A stretch of 64,000 nt of DNA from a virus (IMGVR_UViG_3300032233_002329:2427-66426); one strand, 5' to 3'. Positions 17,101-25,519 are shown, counted from the first letter of the stretch. Translations and numbers: made by a program. Notes: generated by a model not told the origin, from the letters alone.

Positions 17101-17282
17101 CACCACAACCCCTTGTCCCCCTGCGCTTCTACGAACTGTGGATGCTGAAGCTCCTGGCCCGCAGCCCCCGGATCGAACGCCTGCTGGTTTTCCAAAACTG
17201 CCCAGAGCCACCACCACCCCTGACCCACCCAGCGATCCACCAGCTCGAGCGCGCCTACGAAGCGCCTTCGGCGGGGGAGTAG
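17097..17282 (+). CDS. hypothetical protein
   Basis: GTGA overlap with the previous stop. Confidence 0.45.
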   Translation: MTPQPLVPLRFYELWMLKLLARSPRIERLLVFQNCPEPPPPLTHPAIHQLERAYEAPSAGE

Positions 17283-17309
17283 AGTGTCACAACTCAGAGT
17301 TTTTGTCAA

Positions 17310-17702
17310 TTGGCACCAGGACGGCCCCCAAAAACCGATCTGCAGCAACTGGTTCAGCTGTGCGAAGAGTTTTACCAGCGCGACGGATTTGTCAGCTGGA
17401 GTGACGTCGCCCGTGCCTTAGGCGTTTCCAGGCAAGCAGTTCATGCCCGGCTAAAGCAAGCGGTTGAGCGAAGCGAGCTGGACACCGAAACCTTTGAGCG
17501 TTTCCGCTCCATGTCCTCGAGGCGTGCCGCATCCAGGTACAAGGAAGAAGAGCGCCGCAACGAAGCCAAGCTGACTCTCCAGGTCAGGGTGACCCCCGAG
17601 AACGGAGCCTGGCTCCGGGCCCAATGCGAACTCCGCCGACTCACAGCAGTTGACATCATCAATGGTTTGTTGACAAAAGCTCGCGAAGAAGCAAGCAAAT
17701 AA
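17310..17702 (+). CDS. HTH DNA-binding protein
   Basis: WSDVARALGVSRQAVHARLK; the C-terminal LQVRVTPENGAWL...AVDIINGLL segment is RHH-like. Confidence 0.7.
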   Translation: MAPGRPPKTDLQQLVQLCEEFYQRDGFVSWSDVARALGVSRQAVHARLKQAVERSELDTETFERFRSMSSRRAASRYKEEERRNEAKLTLQVRVTPENGAWLRAQCELRRLTAVDIINGLLTKAREEASK

Positions 17703-17816
17703 GCCCGGATAAACAATACATATACATTAAATTTTCTTGGGGGCATATGTGTCCTTAAGCGGGTGAACCCTGTTCCAGGGCTGGGACGCATGAGACTCAC
17801 ATCCCGGCGGGATAGG

Positions 17817-17845
17817 TTGACAGGCTCCCCCAGGTGTGCAAGACT
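17817..17845 (+). promoter_or_regulatory. early promoter P1
   Basis: TTGACA-N17-AAGACT. Confidence 0.5.
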
Positions 17846-17914
17846 GAGCTCACGCGCGCGCCCACGTGCGCGGTTCCTTCCCTCCCAGCCTCTGGACCAA
17901 TCGCGCCGGATTGC

Positions 17915-17945
17915 TTGACAGGTAGCCGGTCGTATGGTTCATAAT
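17915..17945 (+). promoter_or_regulatory. early promoter P2
   Basis: TTGACA-N19-CATAAT (long spacer). Confidence 0.4.
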
Positions 17946-18082
17946 GGGGAGACCGGAGCGCAAGCTCTGGGGAACCTAGTCAACCGATCCCCCCGCCGCG
18001 CGATCCCCCCGGGCTTGCGAGCCTTGACCCATAGGGTCAGGCTCCCCCCGGGCCGCGCGTCAACCGATCGGTCGCCTAGCAC

Positions 18083-18112
18083 TTGACAGAATCCCCGATT
18101 CTGTGCAACACT
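18083..18112 (+). promoter_or_regulatory. early promoter P3 inside an inverted repeat
   Basis: TTGACA-N18-AACACT; TTGACAGAATC-CCC-GATTCTGTGCAA. Confidence 0.45.
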
Positions 18113-18118
18113 TCATTC

Positions 18119-18613
18119 AGTTCCAAACCACTCATGGATTGACCACAAGCGCAACCAAGCAAGCGCGGCCGGACGGGCGGATCCCGTAGCTATAGCTGCA
18201 GTGTGCCCAAACTGACTGGGCGCTAGCTCCTGCACCTCACGTACGGCTTGTTCGGGTCACACCGAACACGACGAACGGACCAACATGCCCAAACGCCAGA
18301 ACACTCGGCGATAGCGGGATGCGGTCTTAGTAGCCGATAGCTGGGGGCAGGTAGGCGAACGCGGAACCTCCTGCAGGAGGGCACGCTGCAAGTGTTTTTA
18401 TCGGACCCGCTTCTGCAGGGGGTCCAACGTTCGCTCCCGACAGGGAACCGGACGGGTGCGCCAGCCCCTTAACGCCTGGCCTGCAGATACGCCCTTAGGG
18501 CAGCCCGCCGCTCCGGCTTCACTAGGACGGTTAAGCCCTGACAATCGGCTCTGTCAGGCACAAAATCTCTCCCCCAGAAGTTCCCCCTGGCGCACTGCGT
18601 CCGGGGGTCTTTT
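18119..18613 (+). ncRNA. candidate large structured non-coding RNA
   Basis: At least 10 hand-found helices including long-range ones; follows P3; ends in a GC hairpin plus TCTTTT; no convincing CDS. Confidence 0.45.
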
Positions 18614-18655
18614 GGCTGAGGGACTTTCCCTCTCCACCCTCAAGCTGTAACCAGC

Positions 18656-18790
18656 ATGGAAACCCGAGAAACGCTCCAAGAACTGATCCACGACGGCCAC
18701 GCTGAGCATTTCGCCAGCGTCCTTGTCCAGCGAATGTCCCTTGCTGACTGCGAGGAATTCCTCGACGACTTTTACGCCGAGCGCGTGTAA
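18656..18790 (+). CDS. small acidic hypothetical protein (44 aa)
   Basis: METRETLQELIHDG...EEFLDDFYAERV; first gene of the early array. Confidence 0.55.
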   Translation: METRETLQELIHDGHAEHFASVLVQRMSLADCEEFLDDFYAERV

Positions 18791-18808
18791 CCCATTCAGG
18801 AACTGCAC

Positions 18809-19000
18809 ATGATTGACAGCAACTGGTTTCCCCCGACTAGCCTCAAAGGCAAGCACTGGCGCGTAGAAGTGCTCGGCATCGACGGCACTTGGTGCTGGTA
18901 CACCGAGCACATGCACCCCAGCCACGCAGAGAGTTTCTGCAAGTACAAGATCGAGTACCACCCCCACGACCAATGGCGCGTAGTGGAGGCATTCCGATGA
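18809..19000 (+). CDS. hypothetical protein
   Basis: Early array; tight spacing. Confidence 0.55.
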   Translation: MIDSNWFPPTSLKGKHWRVEVLGIDGTWCWYTEHMHPSHAESFCKYKIEYHPHDQWRVVEAFR

Positions 19001-19203
19001 TCCACCCCGGCTACGCCACCCCCGAGGACTTCGCCAACTGGCGGTCCCTCGCCGAAACCCTGGACATCCGAGCCCTGCGCTGGGTGATCCGTGACTGCCG
19101 CTCCGTTGCGGCCAACATGCGGCACTTCGACCCCATCCGTGAGGGCTACTACGAGGACCAAGCCTTCACCTACGCCGACGAGCTTGCCCGTCGCTCACGT
19201 TGA
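18997..19203 (+). CDS. hypothetical protein
   Basis: ATGA overlap; MIHPGYATPEDFANW... Confidence 0.6.
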   Translation: MIHPGYATPEDFANWRSLAETLDIRALRWVIRDCRSVAANMRHFDPIREGYYEDQAFTYADELARRSR

Positions 19204-19226
19204 CCCATTCATAAACTGCACGAACC

Positions 19227-19586
19227 ATGACCCCACACAGTCACGCCATCGTGGCCTTCACGTGGTCTGAGGGCCACGGGCCAGGCACCCGTATCAGCAA
19301 CGACCTCCAAGCCCGCATCGCTCAGGACTGGGACCGCTTCCGCGAAGCGGCCGAGGCCCTGGGCTTTGACGCGACCGAACACCGGGCCAGAGCCATAGAC
19401 CCCTTCGAGGGTGATGAATGGGGCTTCGCCGCCCACGACTTCATCCTGACCCGCAACCACCACGGTGCCGGGTTTTGGGATGGCGACTGGCACGACCCCT
19501 GGGGTGAGCGGCTAACCGAGCTGGCCCATACCTTCCCTCAACTTGAGGGCTACTTCGACGACGACCGCATCCTTCGCCTGCTTTGA
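19227..19586 (+). CDS. conserved phage protein
   Basis: AHDFILTRNHHGAGFWDGDW motif, recalled as common in phage early regions. Confidence 0.65.
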   Translation: MTPHSHAIVAFTWSEGHGPGTRISNDLQARIAQDWDRFREAAEALGFDATEHRARAIDPFEGDEWGFAAHDFILTRNHHGAGFWDGDWHDPWGERLTELAHTFPQLEGYFDDDRILRLL

Positions 19587-19589
19587 ACT

Positions 19590-19778
19590 ATGAACCTCGC
19601 CCATCACGTCGTGCTCGACCTCATGTCCGGCACCTTCTTTGACGCGACCAACGCCTACCTCGTTGACATGCGCAAGCTCTCCCCCGAGGAGATCGACACC
19701 TTTAACGATGGCACCGACTCGGACCGCCGCGAGCTGGCTGAGCGGTACGGCCTCGACCTTGAGCATCCACCCACCTGA
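19590..19778 (+). CDS. small acidic hypothetical protein
   Basis: Early array. Confidence 0.55.
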   Translation: MNLAHHVVLDLMSGTFFDATNAYLVDMRKLSPEEIDTFNDGTDSDRRELAERYGLDLEHPPT

Positions 19779-19786
19779 CATAACCC

Positions 19787-19999
19787 ATGCAAAACCTAGG
19801 CCGCATCACTAATCACCACCTCGTGATCTCAGACGCAGAGCAACTCCACTTGATCAATGCTCTGGCGTTCTTCCACGCAATGTTCGACCCGGCTCGTGAG
19901 GACTCCATTAAGGACCTCATTAGTGCCTGGCAGGACGTTGCCGATGACACTCACCTACCCCAAGTAGACGAACTCGCAACCCGTATTGCCCAGATCTAA
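19787..19999 (+). CDS. hypothetical protein
   Basis: Early array. Confidence 0.55.
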   Translation: MQNLGRITNHHLVISDAEQLHLINALAFFHAMFDPAREDSIKDLISAWQDVADDTHLPQVDELATRIAQI

Positions 20000-20001
20000 C
20001 A

Positions 20002-20274
20002 ATGAAACTCCACTTCACGGCTGACCCCGGCCATGGCTGGCTCCACGTCAAGCGAGCCGTCGCACTTGATGTGATGGGCATCGACTTCGTGCGGCTGTCC
20101 CCCTTCTCCTATCAGAGAGGCAAAACCCTCTACCTAGAGGAGGACTGCGACGCCCTGCTGTTCATGAACTGCGCCCGAGCCCGTGGCCTTGAGATCGACG
20201 TTGTCTACAAACACACAAACCGCTCAGCTCCCATTCGCTCCTACGAATCACTCACCCACTACGTCTGCTCCTAA
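20002..20274 (+). CDS. conserved phage protein
   Basis: DPGHGWL...SPFSYQ...YLEEDCD motif. Confidence 0.65.
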   Translation: MKLHFTADPGHGWLHVKRAVALDVMGIDFVRLSPFSYQRGKTLYLEEDCDALLFMNCARARGLEIDVVYKHTNRSAPIRSYESLTHYVCS

Positions 20275-20277
20275 GCC

Positions 20278-21006
20278 ATGACCAAACCCAACCCCAACGG
20301 GCGGGTCCTCTACGAGGGCCCGTCGATGCTTGATGGCGTCCCGATTGTGGTGATCGCCACCGGCTTTGACGAGCCATCCGCCAACGACAAAACCGGGCCA
20401 ATGATCCAAACCTGGATCCTTCGCCAGGACATTCCCCCGCACCACGCCTACCTCAACGGCGAGGGTGCTTCTGTCTGTGGTGACTGCTCCCACTTCCAGA
20501 ACAAAACCTGTTACGTCGAGTGGTGGCGCGCCCCGCTTGCCGTCTGGAACTGCTGGCACCACGGTGCCGGCTATGCCCAGGCCACTCCCGAGGACTTCGA
20601 CGATTGCCTCCTAAGAATGGGCTCTGGTGGTGACCCGGCTGCCGTCCCTCCCTGGGTCTGGCTCCCCGTCATCGTCCGAGCCCGTGGCCGCACCGGTTAC
20701 ACCCACCAATGGCGTGACCCTCGCTTCTCCTGGCTCAAGGGCCTGGTCATGGCGAGTTGTGACGGATTAGGTGACTATTTTGACGCAACCGAATCCGGTT
20801 GGACACCATACTTGGTGAAGCCGGAGCACGAGCCAGACCCGGCTGGCACCGTCCACTGCGCCGCCTCAGCCGAGCGCGGCAACAAAACCACCTGCTCAAA
20901 GTGCCTGCTATGCAACGGATCCAAAACCCCCGTGGTCATCAACGTCCACGGCAAAGGCGCCTCTCGTTTCGAGTGGCAACCAAATCACGAACTGGTGACG
21001 GCATGA
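20278..21006 (+). CDS. Cys-rich conserved phage protein (Gp88-like)
   Basis: NDKTGPMIQTWIL, CGDC-x7-CY, RMGSGGDP, GYTHQW, C-terminal CSKCLLC. Confidence 0.6.
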   Translation: MTKPNPNGRVLYEGPSMLDGVPIVVIATGFDEPSANDKTGPMIQTWILRQDIPPHHAYLNGEGASVCGDCSHFQNKTCYVEWWRAPLAVWNCWHHGAGYAQATPEDFDDCLLRMGSGGDPAAVPPWVWLPVIVRARGRTGYTHQWRDPRFSWLKGLVMASCDGLGDYFDATESGWTPYLVKPEHEPDPAGTVHCAASAERGNKTTCSKCLLCNGSKTPVVINVHGKGASRFEWQPNHELVTA

Positions 21007-21161
21007 CCCATTACCAAACCCCGCCCGCCCAGCGCCGCATGGAGCGGTTCTGCGGCCTGGTCTTCGGCCTCTGGCTGGGCCTCTACGTGATCGATACCGC
21101 CATGCACCCCAAGCCCTCCAACCTTCCCCACGCCCCCTATGCACTCTCACTTCACCCCTGA
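21003..21161 (+). CDS. small membrane protein
   Basis: One hydrophobic segment, FCGLVFGLWLGLYVI. Confidence 0.5.
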   Translation: MTHYQTPPAQRRMERFCGLVFGLWLGLYVIDTAMHPKPSNLPHAPYALSLHP

Positions 21162-21288
21162 TCCCAGGCCCCTCGATCCCCCCGAGTACTGGGAGGACAC
21201 CATCCCCGAGAACTTCGAGGAAGAACTCGACTTCCTTTGGTACCCCTGGTTTCCCGACCAGGAAGCCTTAGATCCGCGCCTCTATTGA
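21139..21288 (+). CDS. very acidic aromatic mini-protein (49 aa)
   Basis: MHSHFTPDPRPLDPPEYWEDTIPENFEEELDFLWYPWFPDQEALDPRLY. Confidence 0.45.
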   Translation: MHSHFTPDPRPLDPPEYWEDTIPENFEEELDFLWYPWFPDQEALDPRLY

Positions 21289-21317
21289 GCGCCCTCATCC
21301 CTCTCTCACTACCCGCT

Positions 21318-21713
21318 GTGACTACAACCACCCTTCGGTTGGTGCCCACCCCGGCGCGCACCACCATCAAGCCCAAGATCCGCAAAGACCGCGCTTACTC
21401 CCCCAGTGGAGGCATAGGCCGGCGCCTAGCTACAGCCCAAGCCCTGCAATTACAGATCCAACGCCTTACCGCCGAACTCGACGAACACCGAGCCTGGTTC
21501 CTGGCACACCTGACCAAGACCAACCTCGACACGCTTGAGCTGGGGGCCTTCACCGTCACCCGCAAGACCCGGCACAACTGGAGCTATTCCCCCGAGACCG
21601 AGCGCGAGATGCTCGGCTTACGTACCACCCAGAAGTGGGAGCAGTCCGAGGGCCTGGCTACCGACTCCCCCACCGTCTACGTGGCGATGACCACCAAGGA
21701 GGTGAAGGCGTGA
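21318..21713 (+). CDS. hypothetical protein (coiled-coil)
   Basis: Likely GTG start at 21318. Confidence 0.6.
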   Translation: MTTTTLRLVPTPARTTIKPKIRKDRAYSPSGGIGRRLATAQALQLQIQRLTAELDEHRAWFLAHLTKTNLDTLELGAFTVTRKTRHNWSYSPETEREMLGLRTTQKWEQSEGLATDSPTVYVAMTTKEVKA

Positions 21714-21997
21714 GCAACTTCCAAGCCACCGAGCACTTGCCTGGGTGCCCTCTGCCCGTTGTTCACCTCAACGGGACGGGCCGCGACACCCTGCTCCGGG
21801 AGTACCGCGAAGCGAGCAAAGCCTTCACGACTTTTAAGCAACGCTTTAGCGATACCACCTGCAACGGTCGGGATTACTACCCCCTAAGCAGTGACGCCTA
21901 CTCCGTTGCCCGGCGTACTCGAAACGCTGTGTTCTGCCTGCTCGACGAGATCGACACCTACCTCGATGACCACCTTGCACACATCGCCAATGACTGA
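21710..21997 (+). CDS. conserved phage protein
   Basis: PVVHLNGTG...NGRDYYP motif. Confidence 0.6.
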   Translation: MSNFQATEHLPGCPLPVVHLNGTGRDTLLREYREASKAFTTFKQRFSDTTCNGRDYYPLSSDAYSVARRTRNAVFCLLDEIDTYLDDHLAHIAND

Positions 21998-22268
21998 CGC
22001 CGCCTTCAACCTGTTTCAGCTCACGCAACGCCCCAACTGGTACCAACACCTAGGGCAAGCCGAGGCCGCCATGGTCGAGGAAGACCGCATTCACGACATC
22101 CGCTGGCGAGCCGGCTGGACTGCTGACGAAGGTGGCTGGTACAGCCCCTGCGGAACCCACGAATCCGACTGGGAGCTGGAGGGTCACCCCTTCCCCGAGG
22201 ACCCCGGCTACGCCGAGTGGGCCGATGCCTTCTGGCATTACGAGGCCCTCGACAACGCCATCGCCTGA
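21990..22268 (+). CDS. acidic Trp-rich hypothetical protein
   Basis: ATG at 21990 overlaps the previous gene. Confidence 0.55.
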   Translation: MTDAAFNLFQLTQRPNWYQHLGQAEAAMVEEDRIHDIRWRAGWTADEGGWYSPCGTHESDWELEGHPFPEDPGYAEWADAFWHYEALDNAIA

Positions 22269-22368
22269 AGTCCCCCCGCAGCCCTTCCCTTAATTGGGTG
22301 GGCTTCCTGGGGACCTCAGCGCTCTCAGCGCTTTTTACGTTTACCCACCTTTACCCACATGTAATTCC

Positions 22369-22632
22369 ATGACCCAATCCCACACCGACCGCATCGCACG
22401 GATGAAACGAGGACCTGTCCGGATCTCCATCACGCTCCCTTTCAGGACGTACAGCGAGCTGGAAAGAACAGCCCAGGCTGAAGGCAGAAGCCTCTCCAAC
22501 CTCAGTGCGTACCTCCTGGAGTGCGCCCTGCAAGCGCGGGCAGCCAAACCAACGCTCCCACCCATTGATTCCGTTCAACCTGTCCTGAATAGGTTGACCA
22601 TACCAACCAAACGCTTTATGGTTGGGCAGTGA
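22369..22632 (+). CDS. ribbon-helix-helix (CopG/Arc-like) regulator
   Basis: RISITLP...ELERTAQAEGRSLSNLSAYLLE. Confidence 0.75.
   Translation: MTQSHTDRIARMKRGPVRISITLPFRTYSELERTAQAEGRSLSNLSAYLLECALQARAAKPTLPPIDSVQPVLNRLTIPTKRFMVGQ
22594..22622 (+). promoter_or_regulatory. sigma-70-type promoter for the DUF932 gene
   Basis: TTGACC-N17-TATGGT; the -35 overlaps TCAACCT-N9-AGGTTGA. Confidence 0.6.
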
Positions 22633-22714
22633 CACCCCGGAGGGCTGCGCCTCCGTCAACAACGCACCTCATCCACGCCGGCGCTCCCCGAGCACTGGCT
22701 CTCTCACTCCACCC

Positions 22715-23800
22715 ATGCAACTAACTTCACCCGGCCCCAATGCCGTAAGCACCGCCTACGCCGCCAACGGTGAGGGCCCAATGGTTTACGGCCGCTACAG
22801 AGACCGCGGCTATTCAGTCAACCCTTTGATTGGCCGCGTGGGCACGATGGTCCCCGAGAACGCCTCCGCAAGCGAAGCCTTCGCCATCGCTGGCCTCAAC
22901 TGGACAGCCGAAAAGCGCCCCGCCTTCTTCATGGGTCCCGACGGCCCGCTCAACTCCCCCGATCACTGCTCCATCGTCCGGAGCGACAACAACCAGCTGC
23001 TCGGCATCCAAGGCGCTGGCTACACCCCAGTGCAGAACTCTGCCCTGATCAACCTTCTCGACTATCTCCGTGAGGACCTCTCAATTGAGAACGTCCTCTC
23101 AATCCGCGACGGCCGCAAAGTCTTCGCCACCGCCTCTATTTGTGCTGAGGAGGAAGTAGTCCCCGGTGACCGCGTCCGCCGTTACCTCCACGCCTTCAAC
23201 TCCTTCGACGGCTCCTCCTCCTTCGGCATCTTCTTCTCCGATGTCCGCCTCCGTTGTGCCAACCAGCTCAACTACCTCACAGGCAAAGCCGCAAGCCGTG
23301 CCCAATCCGAGGGCGCTGGCCTCCGCATGAAGCACACCCAGAGCGTGACCCGCTTCGCGGAGAACCTGCCCCACCTGATCGACCTCGAGCGCCGCAGCTT
23401 CCACCAATCCATCGACCAGCTGCGCGACCTGACCCAGGTCAAGCTCTCAGCCGAACTGGCCCGCCGGGTACTGGAAGCCACCTACGCCGACAAGCTCGCC
23501 ATCCCCACCAAGGACAAAACCAGTGGTGACAAGCGGGCCCGCACCCTCAACGACCTCCCCGAGATCGGCATCATCCGCGGACACCTCACTGGCAGCACTG
23601 GCCTAGGCATCCGCGACACCGAGGGCGTGGGCGGCACCGCCTACGGCTTATTCAACGCCATCACCCAGTTCGAAACCCACGACGCCGGCCGTGCAAAAGA
23701 CGAGACCGAGCGGGCCCGCACCCGTCTCGAGTCCCTCTGGGGTGGCGGTGCCTCCAAGCGCATCGAACGGGCCCGCGAAGCCTGCCTGGCCCTGGTCTGA
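22715..23800 (+). CDS. DUF932 family phage/plasmid protein
   Basis: AGLNWTAEK, YTPVQN, NSFDGSSS, VRLRCANQL, MKHT, YGLFNAITQF. Confidence 0.8.
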   Translation: MQLTSPGPNAVSTAYAANGEGPMVYGRYRDRGYSVNPLIGRVGTMVPENASASEAFAIAGLNWTAEKRPAFFMGPDGPLNSPDHCSIVRSDNNQLLGIQGAGYTPVQNSALINLLDYLREDLSIENVLSIRDGRKVFATASICAEEEVVPGDRVRRYLHAFNSFDGSSSFGIFFSDVRLRCANQLNYLTGKAASRAQSEGAGLRMKHTQSVTRFAENLPHLIDLERRSFHQSIDQLRDLTQVKLSAELARRVLEATYADKLAIPTKDKTSGDKRARTLNDLPEIGIIRGHLTGSTGLGIRDTEGVGGTAYGLFNAITQFETHDAGRAKDETERARTRLESLWGGGASKRIERAREACLALV

Positions 23801-23889
23801 CCAAAGAAAAAGGGTCTGGGCTCTCACACCCGGACCCACTCATCCACACACGTGGCGCTGTGCGACCACCTATGCCCTTCCATTTTCCC

Positions 23890-24111
23890 ATGACTGACTC
23901 CAACGACAAGCTCGAGCTGGCTGCGATCGAACTCAAAGCCACGAAGAACTACCTTCACCACATCGAAGTCAACTACTGCCACGCCCCGCTGCGTGCCGAG
24001 ATCCTCGAGCTACTCCGCTCTGCCCGGGCCTCCATCAATGCCGCAGTGCGAGAACTGCAGCACGACATCAACGACCGCACCGACACACTGATCCAGGGTC
24101 TTAGCAGTTGA
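23890..24111 (+). CDS. hypothetical helical protein
   Basis: ATG at 23890. Confidence 0.55.
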   Translation: MTDSNDKLELAAIELKATKNYLHHIEVNYCHAPLRAEILELLRSARASINAAVRELQHDINDRTDTLIQGLSS

Positions 24112-24147
24112 GCTGCCTCCGTACCCTGGATTAGACGGGCCCCTGCT

Positions 24148-24564
24148 GTGTTTATCCCTGACACCCCAGAGGGCCTTTTCGAAGCCCTTGCAGAGCCAAC
24201 CCTGCGAGAGCTGTACCCCCGTTTCGACGAGTTAGAACCTCGCAACCAGAAGATGGTGCGCTTGGTCCACACCGAACTCACCAAAGGTGAGCTAAGTGAT
24301 GCCACATTCCAGGAGTTTGTCGGTTTCACCCTTGTCCTCTGGCGCAGCTTTAACCACACGGCTCTAACTGCAATCCAAAACCGGATCGACACCGAGGACG
24401 AAATCGATACTGACTGGGTGGACTCCGCCTCCCACATGTCACGGATGGACCAGTTCCTTACGGGTCTGCTTGGAGTTCTAGAAACCCTTCCTGAGACAGC
24501 CTTCAACCCGCTGGATGAGGAACCTGCAAACCGCTATCTGATTCGAAGCCCCGACGAGCTTTAG
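24148..24564 (+). CDS. acidic hypothetical protein
   Basis: GTG start; helical composition. Confidence 0.6.
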   Translation: MFIPDTPEGLFEALAEPTLRELYPRFDELEPRNQKMVRLVHTELTKGELSDATFQEFVGFTLVLWRSFNHTALTAIQNRIDTEDEIDTDWVDSASHMSRMDQFLTGLLGVLETLPETAFNPLDEEPANRYLIRSPDEL

Positions 24565-24687
24565 CAACCTCGTCAACTCCGCTCTCGCCCTCCAAGGCAG
24601 ACTGGATTAGTCAGATGGCCCTGGCAACCAAAACAGGTTGCGGGCGTTGCTCACACTTCCTATCCCCGGCCCCGGGCCGTTTTTGAC

Positions 24688-24879
24688 ATGGACCTATCCA
24701 TGGGTGGCTTTGCTGCGTACGAACTCATGCACATCGAAACGGGCGTCCCCCTGTATCGCACTTGTGCGACTGAACACGAAATCCTCGAAGCTAATGCGAA
24801 CCTCAAAAACCGTGGCCTTCCCAACCGCTTTGTCCAGGCCGGAACCTTCACAGCGCCATCGCTTCACGATCCGGGCTGA
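24688..24879 (+). CDS. hypothetical protein
   Basis: Early array. Confidence 0.5.
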   Translation: MDLSMGGFAAYELMHIETGVPLYRTCATEHEILEANANLKNRGLPNRFVQAGTFTAPSLHDPG

Positions 24880-25081
24880 CGGCGGGTTCCTTTCCGCCTG
24901 CAACGGTGTAAGTGGTCCACCGGTTGCCCTAGTTCCAAACCCGGCTGAAGCCGTCCACTTTGTGGACCCCGACACCGCTGCCCACCGAGCCCGGCTAATG
25001 CTCGAGGTCGGTTGGACCAACCTCCGCGTGGTCGAAATCCTGCTTCCTTCTCTTATTACCCCCTCAACCACTCACTCATGA
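24794..25081 (+). CDS. hypothetical protein (start uncertain)
   Basis: The 3' part of ORF 24638-25081 looks protein-like; first ATG at 24794. Confidence 0.4.
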   Translation: MRTSKTVAFPTALSRPEPSQRHRFTIRADGGFLSACNGVSGPPVALVPNPAEAVHFVDPDTAAHRARLMLEVGWTNLRVVEILLPSLITPSTTHS

Positions 25082-25251
25082 AACGCAAAGACACTTTTGC
25101 CATCACAGAGACCTACAGTTTTGCCCTCGCCCCAGTCATTGGCCCCTTCTTCGAAGCCTTGGGAGCCCTTGCCCACAACTTGGGCGAAGCCCGCTCCTTC
25201 TTAAAGAGCGTGGACTATCTCTCCGCTTCCCCTGACGACAACGACGACTAG
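25078..25251 (+). CDS. hypothetical protein
   Basis: ATGA overlap. Confidence 0.5.
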   Translation: MKRKDTFAITETYSFALAPVIGPFFEALGALAHNLGEARSFLKSVDYLSASPDDNDD

Positions 25252-25255
25252 GCCA

Positions 25256-25519
25256 TTGACTTCCACCGTCCACATCAACCCCCTCGACCTCAGCGACGAG
25301 GACTTCCTTGCCAAAGCCCAGGAGATGTGTGCTGCTAAAGCGGCCTACACCACTCGCCCCGAAGCAGTCACCTTCGCCAAGCGCCGTGACTTCCCCGTCA
25401 CTCCCTACGCCTGCCCCTGGTGCGACCACTGGCACCTGACCAGCTACGACCGAGTCCGCGCCAAAGCCTTCAATCGTCGTCTCAAACGTCTCTTAAGAGA
25501 CCCAGAAGAGATTGACTGA
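25256..25519 (+). CDS. zinc-finger-like hypothetical protein
   Basis: YACPWCDHWHLTS. Confidence 0.6.
   Translation: MTSTVHINPLDLSDEDFLAKAQEMCAAKAAYTTRPEAVTFAKRRDFPVTPYACPWCDHWHLTSYDRVRAKAFNRRLKRLLRDPEEID

Noticed and set aside
18231-18260. Group II intron domain V (CACGTACGGCTT resembles its 3' strand)
   Set aside because: No matching AGC/CGC-triad 5' strand upstream, no domain VI and no maturase.
18456-18650. 64-aa ORF in the non-coding hub
   Set aside because: GTG start without a clear SD, low-complexity Pro/Ala/Ser/Leu content, and it overlaps dense hairpins; better explained as RNA structure.
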